64,000 bases of DNA from Sedimentisphaerales bacterium (GTDB lineage: Bacteria; Planctomycetota; Phycisphaerae; Sedimentisphaerales; Anaerobacaceae). Of this stretch, positions 40,399-50,641 are shown piece by piece; positions within the stretch are counted from its first letter, which is position 1, and each line of letters begins with the position of its first letter. Location of the stretch: the NCBI GenBank assembly GCA_040772485.1, contig JAXGYC010000010.1, positions 384,001 to 448,000 on the forward strand. The letters run 5' to 3'. The notes beneath the pieces are model-generated. The model was not told the DNA's origin, did not search any database, and was given only the letters and a program-made list of their open reading frames with translations. Both the position numbers and the translations under genes were made by a program.

Positions 40399-40480
40399 TG
40401 ACGCCGCAAGGCGTTGGTTTGTAGTGGCGTCGTGAGACGCTGTTCTTGTCTCATGTGTGCCCTTACGGGCACACTACGGA
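40391..40480. repeat. Family-B REP cluster
   Basis: TCGTAGTGACGCCGCAAGGCGT, GTTTGTAGTGGCGTCGTGAGACGC, GTGTGCCCTTACGGGCACACTACG. Confidence 0.8.
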
Positions 40481-40500
40481 CGAGCACACTGCGAACGAGC

Positions 40501-42291
40501 TCAGCTTCTGGACTGGTCGAGGATGAGTTCCTTGACCTTCTGGCTGGGCAGGTTGAGCGCGCCGTAGGCAGCCGCTGCGGCGGCCCGCAGGTCGGGCTCG
40601 GTCTCGTCGGAAGCGGTCAGGCCGTAGATCTGATCGACCGTCGGATCGGGCAGAAGGTTGCCGTTGAGCTTGGCCGAATTCGCCAGGGACGCAAACGCAT
40701 CGATCCGCACCGCCATGTCGTAGGCGTCGCTCAGCGTCATCTCGGCAATCGCCCGCTGGGCATCGGGGCTGTTGAGGTAGGCCAGCGTCTGCCCGGCGAG
40801 GACCTGGAGGTTCTGCTGCTCGGCCCGGGTCGCGCCGACCAGGGCCGCCTGGGCCAGGGAAAGGTCGATGACCGGATTGCGGCTGACGCCCACCTTCAGC
40901 AGGGCCTGGACGGCCCGCAGGGCGTAAGCCTGGGCCAGTTCGGCGGTCCACTCACCACTGATGGCGTCGGGGTTCAGGGCCAGCGCCTCGGCCAGGTTCT
41001 GGACGACCAGACGGCTCTCATTGAAGGGCTGCCGGGGTCCGGCGTTGGCAATGGCGATGGCGGCGGTGTAGCGCACCGCCCGATCCGAGAAGGACAGGGC
41101 CTGGAGCATGGGCTGGGCGGGGCCGACGGTGTAGACCAGCGAGTTCTCTCCGGCGGTGGTCGCCAAGGCTTCGGCCGCACCGAGAGCGACCGCTGCGTTC
41201 TTGTCGTTGAGCCCGCGCAGCAGCGCCTGCTGGAGGTACTCGGGGCCCGCGGTCTTGGCGTAGGTCAGCGCCCCGGCGTGCTGGGCGCCGAAGTATTCCG
41301 GCATCGCCACGCCCGTCGCCTCCGCCTTGAAGAACGCCGCCAGCCACAGTCCGATCGACAGACCGAACTGATCGTCGGCCTTGAGCGACCATTCGCAGCA
41401 ACGCATCGCCATCAGCTCGTTGAAGTACGCCCGGTCCACTTCCTCGCGGACCAGCCGATTGGCATCGGCATCCCAGAACCAGACATTGGCAAACGATGGG
41501 CCTTCCTGGGCGGCCAGTGACTCGTCGTGATAATAGTATTTCTCCGCCAGTTGGAAGAACATCGCGGCCGCCGGCGCGTTGCTCATCTGCGGATCGATCT
41601 TCTGGATGCTCTGGGCGGCGAGGCTGCGAAGCTCGCTCGAGGCGTCCTTTTCCACGACGTATTTCAGGTACGGCAGCGACTGAGGATAGCCGATCTGACC
41701 CAGCGCACGGATGACCTCCGCCTTGACCGCATCGTTGTTCATCTGAAGGGAAGCCGCCAGGGGACGAATCGCATTGCGGCCGATCTGCGGAAGCGCTTCG
41801 AGGAGGTTGTCCAGTTCGCTGCGCCGCGAGGGGTCGGCAATCGCATCGAGCAGGAACGGAATCGCGTACTCGCCTGAGTTCTTCAGACGCGCGATCGCGT
41901 TGATCTTGCCGCGAATCGTGGTGCTGAGCCGCCTGATCTCGTCGACGATGACCTGGGGGTCGGACCGCAGCTCGAACCGCCCCTGCTCGATCACCGCCAG
42001 AAGCTGCCTGGCCACGGACGCCAGCTCCGCATCGTTCGAGGTGTCGACCACCTTCATCGCCAGCTCGTAGCCTTGCGGATTGGCCTGCGTCAGCTCCAGC
42101 AGCGCCACGGGGTCGGGGTTGCTCTGAAGGATGGCCTGGCCGTAACCCTTGGCCAGATCGAACCGCCCGATTTTAGTGAAATGGAGAAAGTCGTTCCAAT
42201 CGTTGGCAAGCGTGCGCTGCTGCGACAGACCGCTCCCGACGACCAAACCTGCGAGACAAAGAACCACGGCAACGGTTCGTCCGTTCAACAT
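40501..42291 (-). CDS. Exported HEAT-repeat protein
   Basis: Signal peptide; Ala/Leu-rich helical repeats such as VIRALGQIG and VRYTAAIAIA. Confidence 0.75.
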   Translation of the reverse strand: MLNGRTVAVVLCLAGLVVGSGLSQQRTLANDWNDFLHFTKIGRFDLAKGYGQAILQSNPDPVALLELTQANPQGYELAMKVVDTSNDAELASVARQLLAVIEQGRFELRSDPQVIVDEIRRLSTTIRGKINAIARLKNSGEYAIPFLLDAIADPSRRSELDNLLEALPQIGRNAIRPLAASLQMNNDAVKAEVIRALGQIGYPQSLPYLKYVVEKDASSELRSLAAQSIQKIDPQMSNAPAAAMFFQLAEKYYYHDESLAAQEGPSFANVWFWDADANRLVREEVDRAYFNELMAMRCCEWSLKADDQFGLSIGLWLAAFFKAEATGVAMPEYFGAQHAGALTYAKTAGPEYLQQALLRGLNDKNAAVALGAAEALATTAGENSLVYTVGPAQPMLQALSFSDRAVRYTAAIAIANAGPRQPFNESRLVVQNLAEALALNPDAISGEWTAELAQAYALRAVQALLKVGVSRNPVIDLSLAQAALVGATRAEQQNLQVLAGQTLAYLNSPDAQRAIAEMTLSDAYDMAVRIDAFASLANSAKLNGNLLPDPTVDQIYGLTASDETEPDLRAAAAAAYGALNLPSQKVKELILDQSRS

Positions 42292-43162
42292 CGAGATGTC
42301 TCCAATACCCCTTGCGTCGCGTTATAGGACCGGTCCCGGCTGCGGAGAACGCGAAGAAGTATCATGAATACCCCTACCTCGCGGTCTCCCCAGTCGGGCG
42401 GTCCATCCCTTTCGAAGGCGGTTACGACCAACAAGCCGTCGTAGTAATCGGCCTTAACCACTTGATTCTAAAGCGAAATAGGCCCTCTGTCAACAAAAAA
42501 CCCCTTTCCCAAACCCTCCATTTCCATCGCATTCCCAGGGCGGGCGACCCTGTTTTTCCCTATTCGGCTCAGGTTGCGGCCCCGATGCGGGTGGCGAGGC
42601 TGCAGGCCGTGCCGGCTCCGTCCCACCGAGTCCGGGAGCGATCAATCACCTGCGATCCGACCTCTTGCCCCACCCATACCACATCGCCTTCCGAGGCGCC
42701 GCCCGATTCGGCACACCCTGGCAAAGGGCTCTGCCCATAATATCTGGAGGGCAACCCGGGCCAGTCGACCGTCAAGATGGAGATTATAGGATATTTGCCT
42801 TGACTCCATATTGTCGGAAGTGATAAATTGGAGTCCCGAGCAGCCTGCGGCGATCCCGTCGGGAAGCGCCGGTGCTGGAGAAGTAGATGGCAGGTAAAGT
42901 CGCTGCAATACCCTGGAACGGTGCGTTTCACGTGTTTTTGGACGACCAATCCGATCGGAAGGCCGGGGTTGCGCTGAGAGAGAAAGGAAGGAGGTGGTCG
43001 AGCGGGCGGCGCCATGGTCTCTCCGGCGACGTGCAGCGATGCAAATCTACACGTAGAACCACAGCATACAGCAATGGGAAGATTCCGGCGTGCCACCAGG
43101 GGGGGCGAGCGGGCGCGTTGCCCCGGCACGATGAAATTCTGTTCAGTTGAAGGAGGACCGTC

Positions 43163-46100
43163 ATGTGTAAGAAAACGTTGTTTCTTCTGGCCGTGTTGGG
43201 GCTCGCGTTGAGCTCGGCGGTCCAAGCCGCCAACATCACGGTCGTCACGGAGAATGTGGACCGCGAGCCGGACGGAGTCGTCGATGACCAGGGACTGATC
43301 GACTGGCTCGTGGCCGAAGGGCACACGGTTGACGTACAACGTGACTACTGGTGGACTCTCGACGACGCCAAGATCGCGGCGCTGAACGCCGCCGATCTGG
43401 TCATCATCAGCCGCCTGTCCAACAGCGGCAATTACGATGACGGCGACGAGGTGGCACAGTGGAACTCGATCACCGCGCCGATGCTCCAATTGAGCGCCTA
43501 TCTCGTGCGCAACAGCCGCTGGAAATGGATGGACACAGGCACCGCAACCAACAACACGACCGACACCGTGATGGAAGTGCTCGACCCGACCCACGAGCTG
43601 TTTGCCGGCGTGACGCTCAGCGTTGCCGATCCAAACGACCCGAACGTGGTGGCGAACCTCGTCTCGGTCATCGACCCCAACGTGGGCACCGGCATGACCT
43701 CCTTCATGGGCACCCTCGATCCGGGCAACGGCACCTTGCTGGCCACCGCGCCGGTTTCCGCCATGGCCTGGATCGTCGAATGGGACAAGGGCGCCGAGTA
43801 CTACGCCGGGGCCGGTCAGTTTGCCGGCGGGCCGCGTCTGTACTTCTCGGTCGGAACGCAGGAATCCGGCGCCACCCCCCAGGGCGCCTGGAACCTCACG
43901 GCTGAAGGCGAGATCATGTTCCGCAATGCGGTCAACTACATGCTGAGCATTCCGTCTCGCTACGCCTCGGCGCCGAGTCCGGCCGAAGGAGCCGGCGATC
44001 TGCTGCGCGACGAGGTGACGCTGGGCTGGACGGCCGGCACGACCGCCGCGACGCATGACGTCTATCTGGGCACCAGCCTGGAGGCCGTCGCCAGTGGCAG
44101 CACCGACAGCAACGACACGACGGGCACGCTCGTCAGCGCAAGCCAGACGGGCAACAGCTTCGATCCCGGCCGGCTCGAATTCGGCCAGACCTATTACTGG
44201 CGAGTCGACGAGGTGGGAGCCGCCCCTAATTACAGCGTCTATAAGGGCGACGTCTGGAGTTTCACCGTTGAACCGTACAGCATTCCCGTCACGAACGTGA
44301 CCGCTACGGCCTCCAGCATGGAGAGCGACATGTTCGGACCCGAGAAAACCGTCGATGGGTCCGGCCTGGACGAGAACGACCTGCATTCGGCCAACGGCAC
44401 CACCATGTGGCTCAGCTCCGGCGAGCCCGACGAGGTGGTCTACATCGAGTACGCGTTCGACAAGCCCTACCGTCTCGACATGGTCTGGGTGTGGAACTCC
44501 AACACCGCCATCGAGTCCATGTACGGCTACGGCCTCAAGGACGTGACCATCGAGACCTCGATGGACGGCGCCACCTGGACGACTTTCGGCGACGTCGAAT
44601 TCGCCCAGGCCCCCGGCGACTACGGCTATGCCCATGACACCGTGGATATGGCCGCCACCGCCGCCAAGTACGTCCGATTCGTCGCCAACAGCAACTGGGG
44701 CGGCGGGCTCAGGTACGGCCTGAGCGAAGTCCGCTTCTTCGCGATTCCCGTCCGCGCCAGGGAGCCGCAGCCGGTTCCCGGACAGGTCGAAGTGCCCGTC
44801 AACGGAACCTTGAGCTGGCGGTCCGGTCTGCTGGTCGGCTCGCACCAGTTGTACCTCAGCAGCAACAAGGCCGCCGTCGAGAACGGCACGGCCCTCGTGA
44901 AGACCCTGAACACCAACAGCTTCAACCTCGAGTCCCTCGGGCTGAACATCGGGACCACGTACTACTGGAAGGTCAACGAGGTCAACGACGTGTTCTCGCC
45001 CAAGGCCCTCGACGGCGACGTCTGGAGCTTCACCACGCAGAACTTCTTCGCGGTGGATAATTTCGAGAGCTACACCAGCGACAATGTCAAGAACACCTGG
45101 GTCGACGGCTGGAAGAAGTCGACGGGCGTGCGCAACGCCTCGAACGTCAATCAGGTGATCGATCAGGAGGTCGCCAACAGCGGCAACCAGTCGGTGTTCC
45201 TGGCCTACGACAACTCGAAATCTCCGTATCACATCGAGATCGAGCGGACCATCTCCGGCCGGACCAACTGGGCCAACAACGGCGTCCAGAAGCTGGTGCT
45301 GTTCTTCCACGGCGATCCTGGCAACAAGCCGAACGACAAGCTCTATGTGACCATCAACGGCAAGACCGCTACGTATGGTGGCGACCTGTCGAAGCCGTGG
45401 TGGAGGAGCTGGAGCATCGACCTGAATTCGATGGGCATCAACGTACGCGACGTCAGAGTCCTCGCCGTGGGCGTGGGCGACGTAACGAAGCCTGCGACAG
45501 GCCGCAAGGGGAAGATCTGGATCGATGACATCCGCCTGTATCGGACCGCTCCGTCGGTGCCCACCATCGTGGACGCGGCGCTGGCAGTCAACAGCAGTGG
45601 CGATTTCAAAGGGCAGTTCGACACCCTTCTGGCGGCTATGAGCAAGGCCGATCCGGCGATCCTCGAAGCCCTGTCCAGCGAAGAGGACTACACCGTGTTC
45701 GCGCCCACCGATGACGCGTTCGCCGCAATGGGAATCAACGCGGGCAACGTCGGCAGCCTGGATACGGGGATCCTGAACGAGGTCCTGCTGTACCACGTGG
45801 TCGCCGGCAAACTGGCGTCGGCGGACGTTCTGGCCGCCAGCCAGATCGCCACGATCCAGGGCACGGCGATCCAGCAGGCCGACGGCGTGCTGACCGACGG
45901 CGTCGGACGTCAGGCCAATCTGCTGGCCGTTGACGGCGTCGCTTCGAACGGTCTGATGCACGTCGTGGATGCGATGATGCTGCCTTTCGAGATTCGCAAC
46001 ATCGTCGAGATGCTGGTTGCCGCCAACAGCGCGGGCGACCTGGCCGGACAGCTCGATGAGCTGATCGGCATCGTGCAGAGCAACCCGTCGCTGATGGCGC

Positions 46101-46942
46101 TGCTGACCGGCGCAGACGAATACACCGTCTTGGCGCCGACGGATGCGGCGATCGCCGCGCTGCGGCTGGCCGCTGATGAGAATCTGTTCCTGTACCACAT
46201 CGCGCCCGGCTCCCTGCTGGCGGCGGACGTGCTCGCGGCCGAAGAGCTCACGATGCTCAACGGCGGCACGCTGAAGCAGGCAGGCGGCGTCCTGATCGAT
46301 GCCGCCGGACGGCAGGTGGCCTTGGTCGCGACCGACATCATTGCGGCCAACGGCGTCGTCCACGTCATTGACGCCGTGCTGCTGCCGGTGCCGGTGATCG
46401 AGAACGCCAGCTTCGAGCTGCCCGGGACGGAGAAGCAGAAAGGCTTCGACGCCGTGCCCGGCTGGGCCACCGACGCGAACGTCGTGAACTCGGGCGTCGA
46501 GACGGGCTACACCGCCACCGATGGCGAGTGGACCGCGTACCTGATGAGCGGCGATCCCTCCGTCTGGCAGATGACACCCGTGACTCTGGGGCAGGGCGAC
46601 CTGTTCACGCTGAAGGTGGATGCCCGGATCACCTGGGCGGCCACGACGATGCGCATGACCCTGTACTATCTGGCGGACGGCGTACGCGTTCCGGCGGCAA
46701 CCGCCGACGTGGCGCTGACCGATGCGATGCAGGAGTACGCCCTGGAACTGAACGCTTACCTGGCGCCCGACGCGGTCGGCAAGACGATCGGGATCGAGTT
46801 CCAGAACGTCAGCGACGGCGACTCGTGGATCGGGTTGGACAACGTGCGTCTGGAAGGCCCGACGGCCGCTCCGGAGCCCGAACCCGAGCCTGAGCCCGCT
46901 CCTGAGCCCGCTCCTGAGCCCGAGCCGGTGGTTGTAGAGTAA
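43163..46942 (+). CDS. Large secreted protein: discoidin-like core + two fasciclin (FAS1) domains + CBM-like domain + Pro/Glu tail
   Basis: TYYWRVDEV core repeats, YTVFAPTDDAF/YTVLAPTDAA, NGLMHVVD/NGVVHVIDAVL, C-terminal (PE)n. Confidence 0.88.
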   Translation: MCKKTLFLLAVLGLALSSAVQAANITVVTENVDREPDGVVDDQGLIDWLVAEGHTVDVQRDYWWTLDDAKIAALNAADLVIISRLSNSGNYDDGDEVAQWNSITAPMLQLSAYLVRNSRWKWMDTGTATNNTTDTVMEVLDPTHELFAGVTLSVADPNDPNVVANLVSVIDPNVGTGMTSFMGTLDPGNGTLLATAPVSAMAWIVEWDKGAEYYAGAGQFAGGPRLYFSVGTQESGATPQGAWNLTAEGEIMFRNAVNYMLSIPSRYASAPSPAEGAGDLLRDEVTLGWTAGTTAATHDVYLGTSLEAVASGSTDSNDTTGTLVSASQTGNSFDPGRLEFGQTYYWRVDEVGAAPNYSVYKGDVWSFTVEPYSIPVTNVTATASSMESDMFGPEKTVDGSGLDENDLHSANGTTMWLSSGEPDEVVYIEYAFDKPYRLDMVWVWNSNTAIESMYGYGLKDVTIETSMDGATWTTFGDVEFAQAPGDYGYAHDTVDMAATAAKYVRFVANSNWGGGLRYGLSEVRFFAIPVRAREPQPVPGQVEVPVNGTLSWRSGLLVGSHQLYLSSNKAAVENGTALVKTLNTNSFNLESLGLNIGTTYYWKVNEVNDVFSPKALDGDVWSFTTQNFFAVDNFESYTSDNVKNTWVDGWKKSTGVRNASNVNQVIDQEVANSGNQSVFLAYDNSKSPYHIEIERTISGRTNWANNGVQKLVLFFHGDPGNKPNDKLYVTINGKTATYGGDLSKPWWRSWSIDLNSMGINVRDVRVLAVGVGDVTKPATGRKGKIWIDDIRLYRTAPSVPTIVDAALAVNSSGDFKGQFDTLLAAMSKADPAILEALSSEEDYTVFAPTDDAFAAMGINAGNVGSLDTGILNEVLLYHVVAGKLASADVLAASQIATIQGTAIQQADGVLTDGVGRQANLLAVDGVASNGLMHVVDAMMLPFEIRNIVEMLVAANSAGDLAGQLDELIGIVQSNPSLMALLTGADEYTVLAPTDAAIAALRLAADENLFLYHIAPGSLLAADVLAAEELTMLNGGTLKQAGGVLIDAAGRQVALVATDIIAANGVVHVIDAVLLPVPVIENASFELPGTEKQKGFDAVPGWATDANVVNSGVETGYTATDGEWTAYLMSGDPSVWQMTPVTLGQGDLFTLKVDARITWAATTMRMTLYYLADGVRVPAATADVALTDAMQEYALELNAYLAPDAVGKTIGIEFQNVSDGDSWIGLDNVRLEGPTAAPEPEPEPEPAPEPAPEPEPVVVE

Positions 46943-46987
46943 GATCGAGAAAGACCGCTCAGGTGGTCTGACTCGCCAAGTTCATCG

Positions 46988-47022
46988 CGGGGTCCGTATC
47001 GACAGGATACGGGCCCCGTTTT
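46988..47022 (+). terminator. Rho-independent terminator
   Basis: CGGGGTCCGTATC-GACAG-GATACGGGCCCCG-TTTT. Confidence 0.8.
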
Positions 47023-47149
47023 CTTATGCGCGAGGACGAGCCACGCGGACCGGGAACGGGACGGGCGAAAAAGGTTTGGGGTTCCCCTTCTGTCTGTCGT
47101 GCCGCTCAGACAGTTCCGCACAAGCCAGCGGGCCTACAGGGCAGGCCTG

Positions 47150-47386
47150 TCAGTGTTTGTAGCGCTGCGGGATGTCGGAACTGAGCCCTTTGCCCATGGC
47201 CGACAGCAGCAGCAACTCCGCCGCAATCAGCAGGTAAATCGGCCCGAGCAGGAGACTGCACACGATGGCAAACTCCCGCGTCGGACGGTCCCATGAGCCT
47301 TTGGCGCAGCACAACGCTGCGCCTTCCGTGCAGAAATACGCCAGCACGGCCGAAAGAACCCACAGCAGCACCCATACCCCAGCCAT
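47150..47386 (-). CDS. Small membrane protein
   Basis: Two hydrophobic helices; GAGGA/GAGAG RBS. Confidence 0.5.
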   Translation of the reverse strand: MAGVWVLLWVLSAVLAYFCTEGAALCCAKGSWDRPTREFAIVCSLLLGPIYLLIAAELLLLSAMGKGLSSDIPQRYKH

Positions 47387-47685
47387 ACTCTCATCCTCTC
47401 AATGCAGGATAACGACGGCTTCTCAAGGTGCAGGACAGAAGATGCGATTCGAAATGCCAAAGATGGCCAACCACCCCTATTATACCACGCCGCACAATAG
47501 AAAACGGTTCCCGAACAGTTTTTTTGTGTGCAGGTTTCCGGGGCGCTGGCATTCGTGAGCCCTGAAATCCGCACACGCACTACGAGTGACGAGATCCGCC
47601 TTGCGGACCGGCGAGGGATGTGCTATGAATATCGCGTGCGGGATGGGGAATCGGCCTTGCATCGAAACTGGAACTGACAGGGGTA

Positions 47686-48108
47686 TTGCCGTTGGAATCG
47701 AAGCAGATTGAAGAAGGGCTGGAGTTTGTGCCGAAGTTCAACGCCGAGGGTCTGATCCCGGCCATCGCCCAGGACGCCGAGACGGGCGAGGTGCTGATGG
47801 TCGCGTGGATGAACCGCGAGGCGCTGGACCACACGATCGCGACCGGCCGGGGCACGTACTACAGCCGCAGCCGCAAGAAGCTCTGGAAGAAAGGCGAGGA
47901 GTCCGGCCACGTCCAGCAGGTCCGCCAGATCCTCGTCGACTGCGACCAGGACTGCCTGATCCTCAAGGTCCGCGTCGACGCCGGACAGTGCCACGTCGGC
48001 TACCAATCCTGCTTCTACCGCGCCATCAAACCCGGCTCCGCCAAGGCCCTCGAATTCATCGCACAGAAGACCTACGACCCCAAGGCCGCATATAAAAAAC
48101 AGGTGTGA
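47686..48108 (+). CDS. hisI: Phosphoribosyl-AMP cyclohydrolase
   Basis: GLIPAIAQD, YYSRSRKKLWKKGEESG, DCDQD, CHVGYQSCF. Confidence 0.95.
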   Translation: MPLESKQIEEGLEFVPKFNAEGLIPAIAQDAETGEVLMVAWMNREALDHTIATGRGTYYSRSRKKLWKKGEESGHVQQVRQILVDCDQDCLILKVRVDAGQCHVGYQSCFYRAIKPGSAKALEFIAQKTYDPKAAYKKQV

Positions 48109-48137
48109 AGAGTGAGAAGGGTTTGAAGGGTGTGAAG
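48102..48137 (+). repeat. 9-mer tandem array (GGTGTGAAG)x4
   Basis: ggtgtgaag agtgagaag ggtttgaag ggtgtgaag; reverse complement of the arrays at 48650 and 48870. Confidence 0.75.
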
Positions 48138-48220
48138 GGCGCGCAGAGGGTTGGCGGGACTGAGGCGGGACAGAGCCGCTGCGGGGTGCGTGCGCTCGTT
48201 GGCGAGTGGAAATACCTGGA

Positions 48221-48712
48221 TCACGTGTCGGAGGCCGCCAGGCGAGACGGACGGTCGTACTTTTCGCCACGATAGCTCGATCGCTGCAAGTGGGCGATCA
48301 GGTTCGACAGCATCCCGCTGATCCGGCGTGACAGATGGTGCAACCCGTCGTAGTCGGCCTGCGAGATGTAGCCCTGGTCACCGGCAATCGCCAGTTGCGC
48401 CCGCACCTCCCCGCACGAGCCCTTCGCGATGTAGAGAAATTGGATGAACTCCTTTGTGGCGCCCCGCTCGAACCCCTCGGCCACGTTCGACATGATCGAG
48501 ACCGACGCCCGCCGAATCTGCTCGGCCAGCCCGAGGTCGCGAGCGAATCGGCCCTCACGAGTCCGGCGATAGATCGCGTTCGTCAGCTCCCGCGCCCGCT
48601 GATAAACGTGCAGGTCCTCGAACCCCTCCGCCGCCCGCCCCGCGCCACCTTTCTCCCCCTTCACCCCCTTCACACCCTCCTGCCCGTTCTGACGCATCTG
48701 GCTCTTCATCAT
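48221..48712 (-). CDS. Four-helix-bundle protein (23S rRNA IVP/TIGR02436, Avd-like)
   Basis: FEDLHVYQRA, QIRRASVSIMSNVAEGFER, FLYIAKGSCGEVRAQL. Confidence 0.92.
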   Translation of the reverse strand: MMKSQMRQNGQEGVKGVKGEKGGAGRAAEGFEDLHVYQRARELTNAIYRRTREGRFARDLGLAEQIRRASVSIMSNVAEGFERGATKEFIQFLYIAKGSCGEVRAQLAIAGDQGYISQADYDGLHHLSRRISGMLSNLIAHLQRSSYRGEKYDRPSRLAASDT

Positions 48713-48869
48713 CGCATCGCTCCCTTCGCACCATCTTGAGGTCTTGTCCCTCCGGCAGTCTCCGGCGGGCCACGGAGGTCTCGCCGACCCAGCCGGGATT
48801 CACCGCAGCCATTCCATTATCACCCCGACCCACTCGCTGTCCAAGCCAAAACCGGCGTACCGCCCACCC

Positions 48870-48950
48870 TTTCACACCCTTCTCACCCTTCAAACCCTTC
48901 TCACGTTTCTCACCCTTCTCACCTTTCACACCCTTCTCACGTTTCTCACC
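48870..48950 (+). repeat. 9-mer tandem array (CTTCWCACC)x9
   Basis: tttcacacc cttctcacc cttcaaacc cttctcacg ... Confidence 0.85.
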
Positions 48951-48970
48951 CCCGCCGTGGCAGCAGCCTA

Positions 48971-48999
48971 TTGACAGCCGGCCGCCGGCGGGGTATGCA
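48971..48999 (+). promoter_or_regulatory. Sigma70-like promoter
   Basis: TTGACA-17 nt-TATGCA. Confidence 0.5.
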
Positions 49000-49038
49000 T
49001 GGGGCAAATCAACCTATCCCTTTTTGGAGGAACGTAGC

Positions 49039-50040
49039 ATGAGACGCGGAACGTTTTCCCAAGCCACCCTGTGTGCCTGCCTGCTGATGACCCTGCTGAC
49101 GGCGCCCGTGTGGGCCCAGCCGCCCGGCGGACGCGGCATCTTCGGCGACTGGCAGGTCAAGATCCCCTTCGGCGAGCGCGAGATGAACGTGATCCTCTCG
49201 TTCACGCGCGGCGGGCCCGAGGGCGGATGGGCCGGACAGTGGATCAGCCCCTTTGGCGTCAACGACCTGAAGGACATCAAGTTCGAGGACAACACCCTGC
49301 GCTTCGTCCACGTCGCCCGCTTCGGCGACAACGAGTTCATCTCGACGTTCAGCGGCACGATCGAGGAGAACAAGCTCACCGGCGTCCTGTCCAACGATCA
49401 GGGCGAATCGGACGTCACCGGCCAGCGCAGCCCGCGCCTGTCCTCCGCCGCCGGCCGATGGGAGATGAAATACAAGGTCGGCGACCGTGATGTCACCAGC
49501 ACGCTGGTCGTCACGCCCGACAAGGAAGGCCAGCTCGCCGCCAGGTGGGAGAGCCAGTGGGGCGAGCACGAGATCAGCGACTTCTCGTACGAGCGACGCG
49601 TCCTGAACTTCAAGCGCAAGAGCAAGATGCAGGACCGCCAGTGGGAATCGACCTTCAACGGCACCATCGACGGTGACACGCTCACCGGCACGATCAAGTC
49701 CGAGATGGGCGACGTCGACGTCCAGGGCGCCCGCCTCGGTGCGGCCGCCATCGGCACCTGGAACCTCGACGTCGAGACCGAGTGGGGCCCCATCAAGCAG
49801 CGGCTTGTCGTCCACCCCGACATGAGCGCTCTGTACGGCACGATGCCCATCAAGAAGGTCGAGTTCGCCGACGGCAAGCTCACCTTCGGCATGGTCGTGC
49901 CGTTCGGAGACGAGGAGTTCAAGATGGACTTCGCCGGCAAGATCGCCGACGGCAAGCTCACCGGCCAGATGAACACCTCCCGCGGCACGCAGGAGATCAA
50001 GGGCGCCAAGGTCGTCCGCCCGCAACGCCCCGGCCGCTAA
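49039..50040 (+). CDS. Secreted protein with three tandem beta-rich repeats
   Basis: Signal peptide; G.W starts (GDWQV, GRWEM, GTWNL), each repeat ending F.G.I....LTG; GGAGG RBS. Confidence 0.75.
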   Translation: MRRGTFSQATLCACLLMTLLTAPVWAQPPGGRGIFGDWQVKIPFGEREMNVILSFTRGGPEGGWAGQWISPFGVNDLKDIKFEDNTLRFVHVARFGDNEFISTFSGTIEENKLTGVLSNDQGESDVTGQRSPRLSSAAGRWEMKYKVGDRDVTSTLVVTPDKEGQLAARWESQWGEHEISDFSYERRVLNFKRKSKMQDRQWESTFNGTIDGDTLTGTIKSEMGDVDVQGARLGAAAIGTWNLDVETEWGPIKQRLVVHPDMSALYGTMPIKKVEFADGKLTFGMVVPFGDEEFKMDFAGKIADGKLTGQMNTSRGTQEIKGAKVVRPQRPGR

Positions 50041-50156
50041 TGCAACGCAGCGCATTCGAGCCTGCCGGCGCCACGGCCCGGCAGGCTCTTCCTTTTCGTC
50101 GCATGTCGCTCGTCGTCCGTGACCTGTGGCCCGAGGTTCGTATCTCGTCGTGCGGC

Positions 50157-50530
50157 GTGCGTATGGCGTCAATCGTGATTCCTCCGGCCTACCGCCTCCA
50201 GCCTCCGGCCTGCATGACGCGGGATGCGTGAAGCGGCGTACTTCAAACTTGTCGCTTGTCACTTGAAACTCAGCCGCAGGCCGCATACTCAAAACTCAAC
50301 ACCAAGCGCTCAAAACTCCGCCCGCCGCACCCCTTCGCACCCTTCAGACCCTTCACACCCTTCGCACCCTTCGCCCCCTTCGCCCCTTCACACCCTTCGC
50401 ACCCTTCAGACCCTTCCCACCTTCGCCCTTGCCCGCCCATCGTAGGGCCGAATCATCATTCGCCCTGCATTCGACCCGACAATTGTACCGGACACTTTTA
50501 ATTCCCCCCTTTGATTATCCCTGCCCGCCT
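50157..50530 (+). repeat. 374-bp inverted repeat, left arm
   Basis: Reverse complement of 54981-55354; the ORF track shows identical peptides on opposite strands; one mismatch seen at 50521/54990. Confidence 0.93.
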
Positions 50531-50641
50531 CCATCTACACCCTCAAACAACCAGGAATCCGGCGCGATCTGCCGAGAAAACGGGCTCTGCCCATCCCAAG
50601 ACCCTGCTCCGGTTGATCCCCGCCCACAGTCTGACAGACGC

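Noticed and set aside
42569..46363. 1264-aa minus-strand ORF, and similar long ORFs at 8412-10817, 28026-29990, 3474-5381 and 18846-20768
   Set aside because: Shadow frames of GC-rich genes on the opposite strand; no recognisable domains.
48221..48712. Diversity-generating retroelement suggested by the Avd-like gene
   Set aside because: No reverse transcriptase, and no template/variable repeat pair differing only at adenines was seen.
50330..50430. Tandem repeats as a possible CRISPR array
   Set aside because: Contiguous 9-mers with no unique spacers, and no cas genes in the window.
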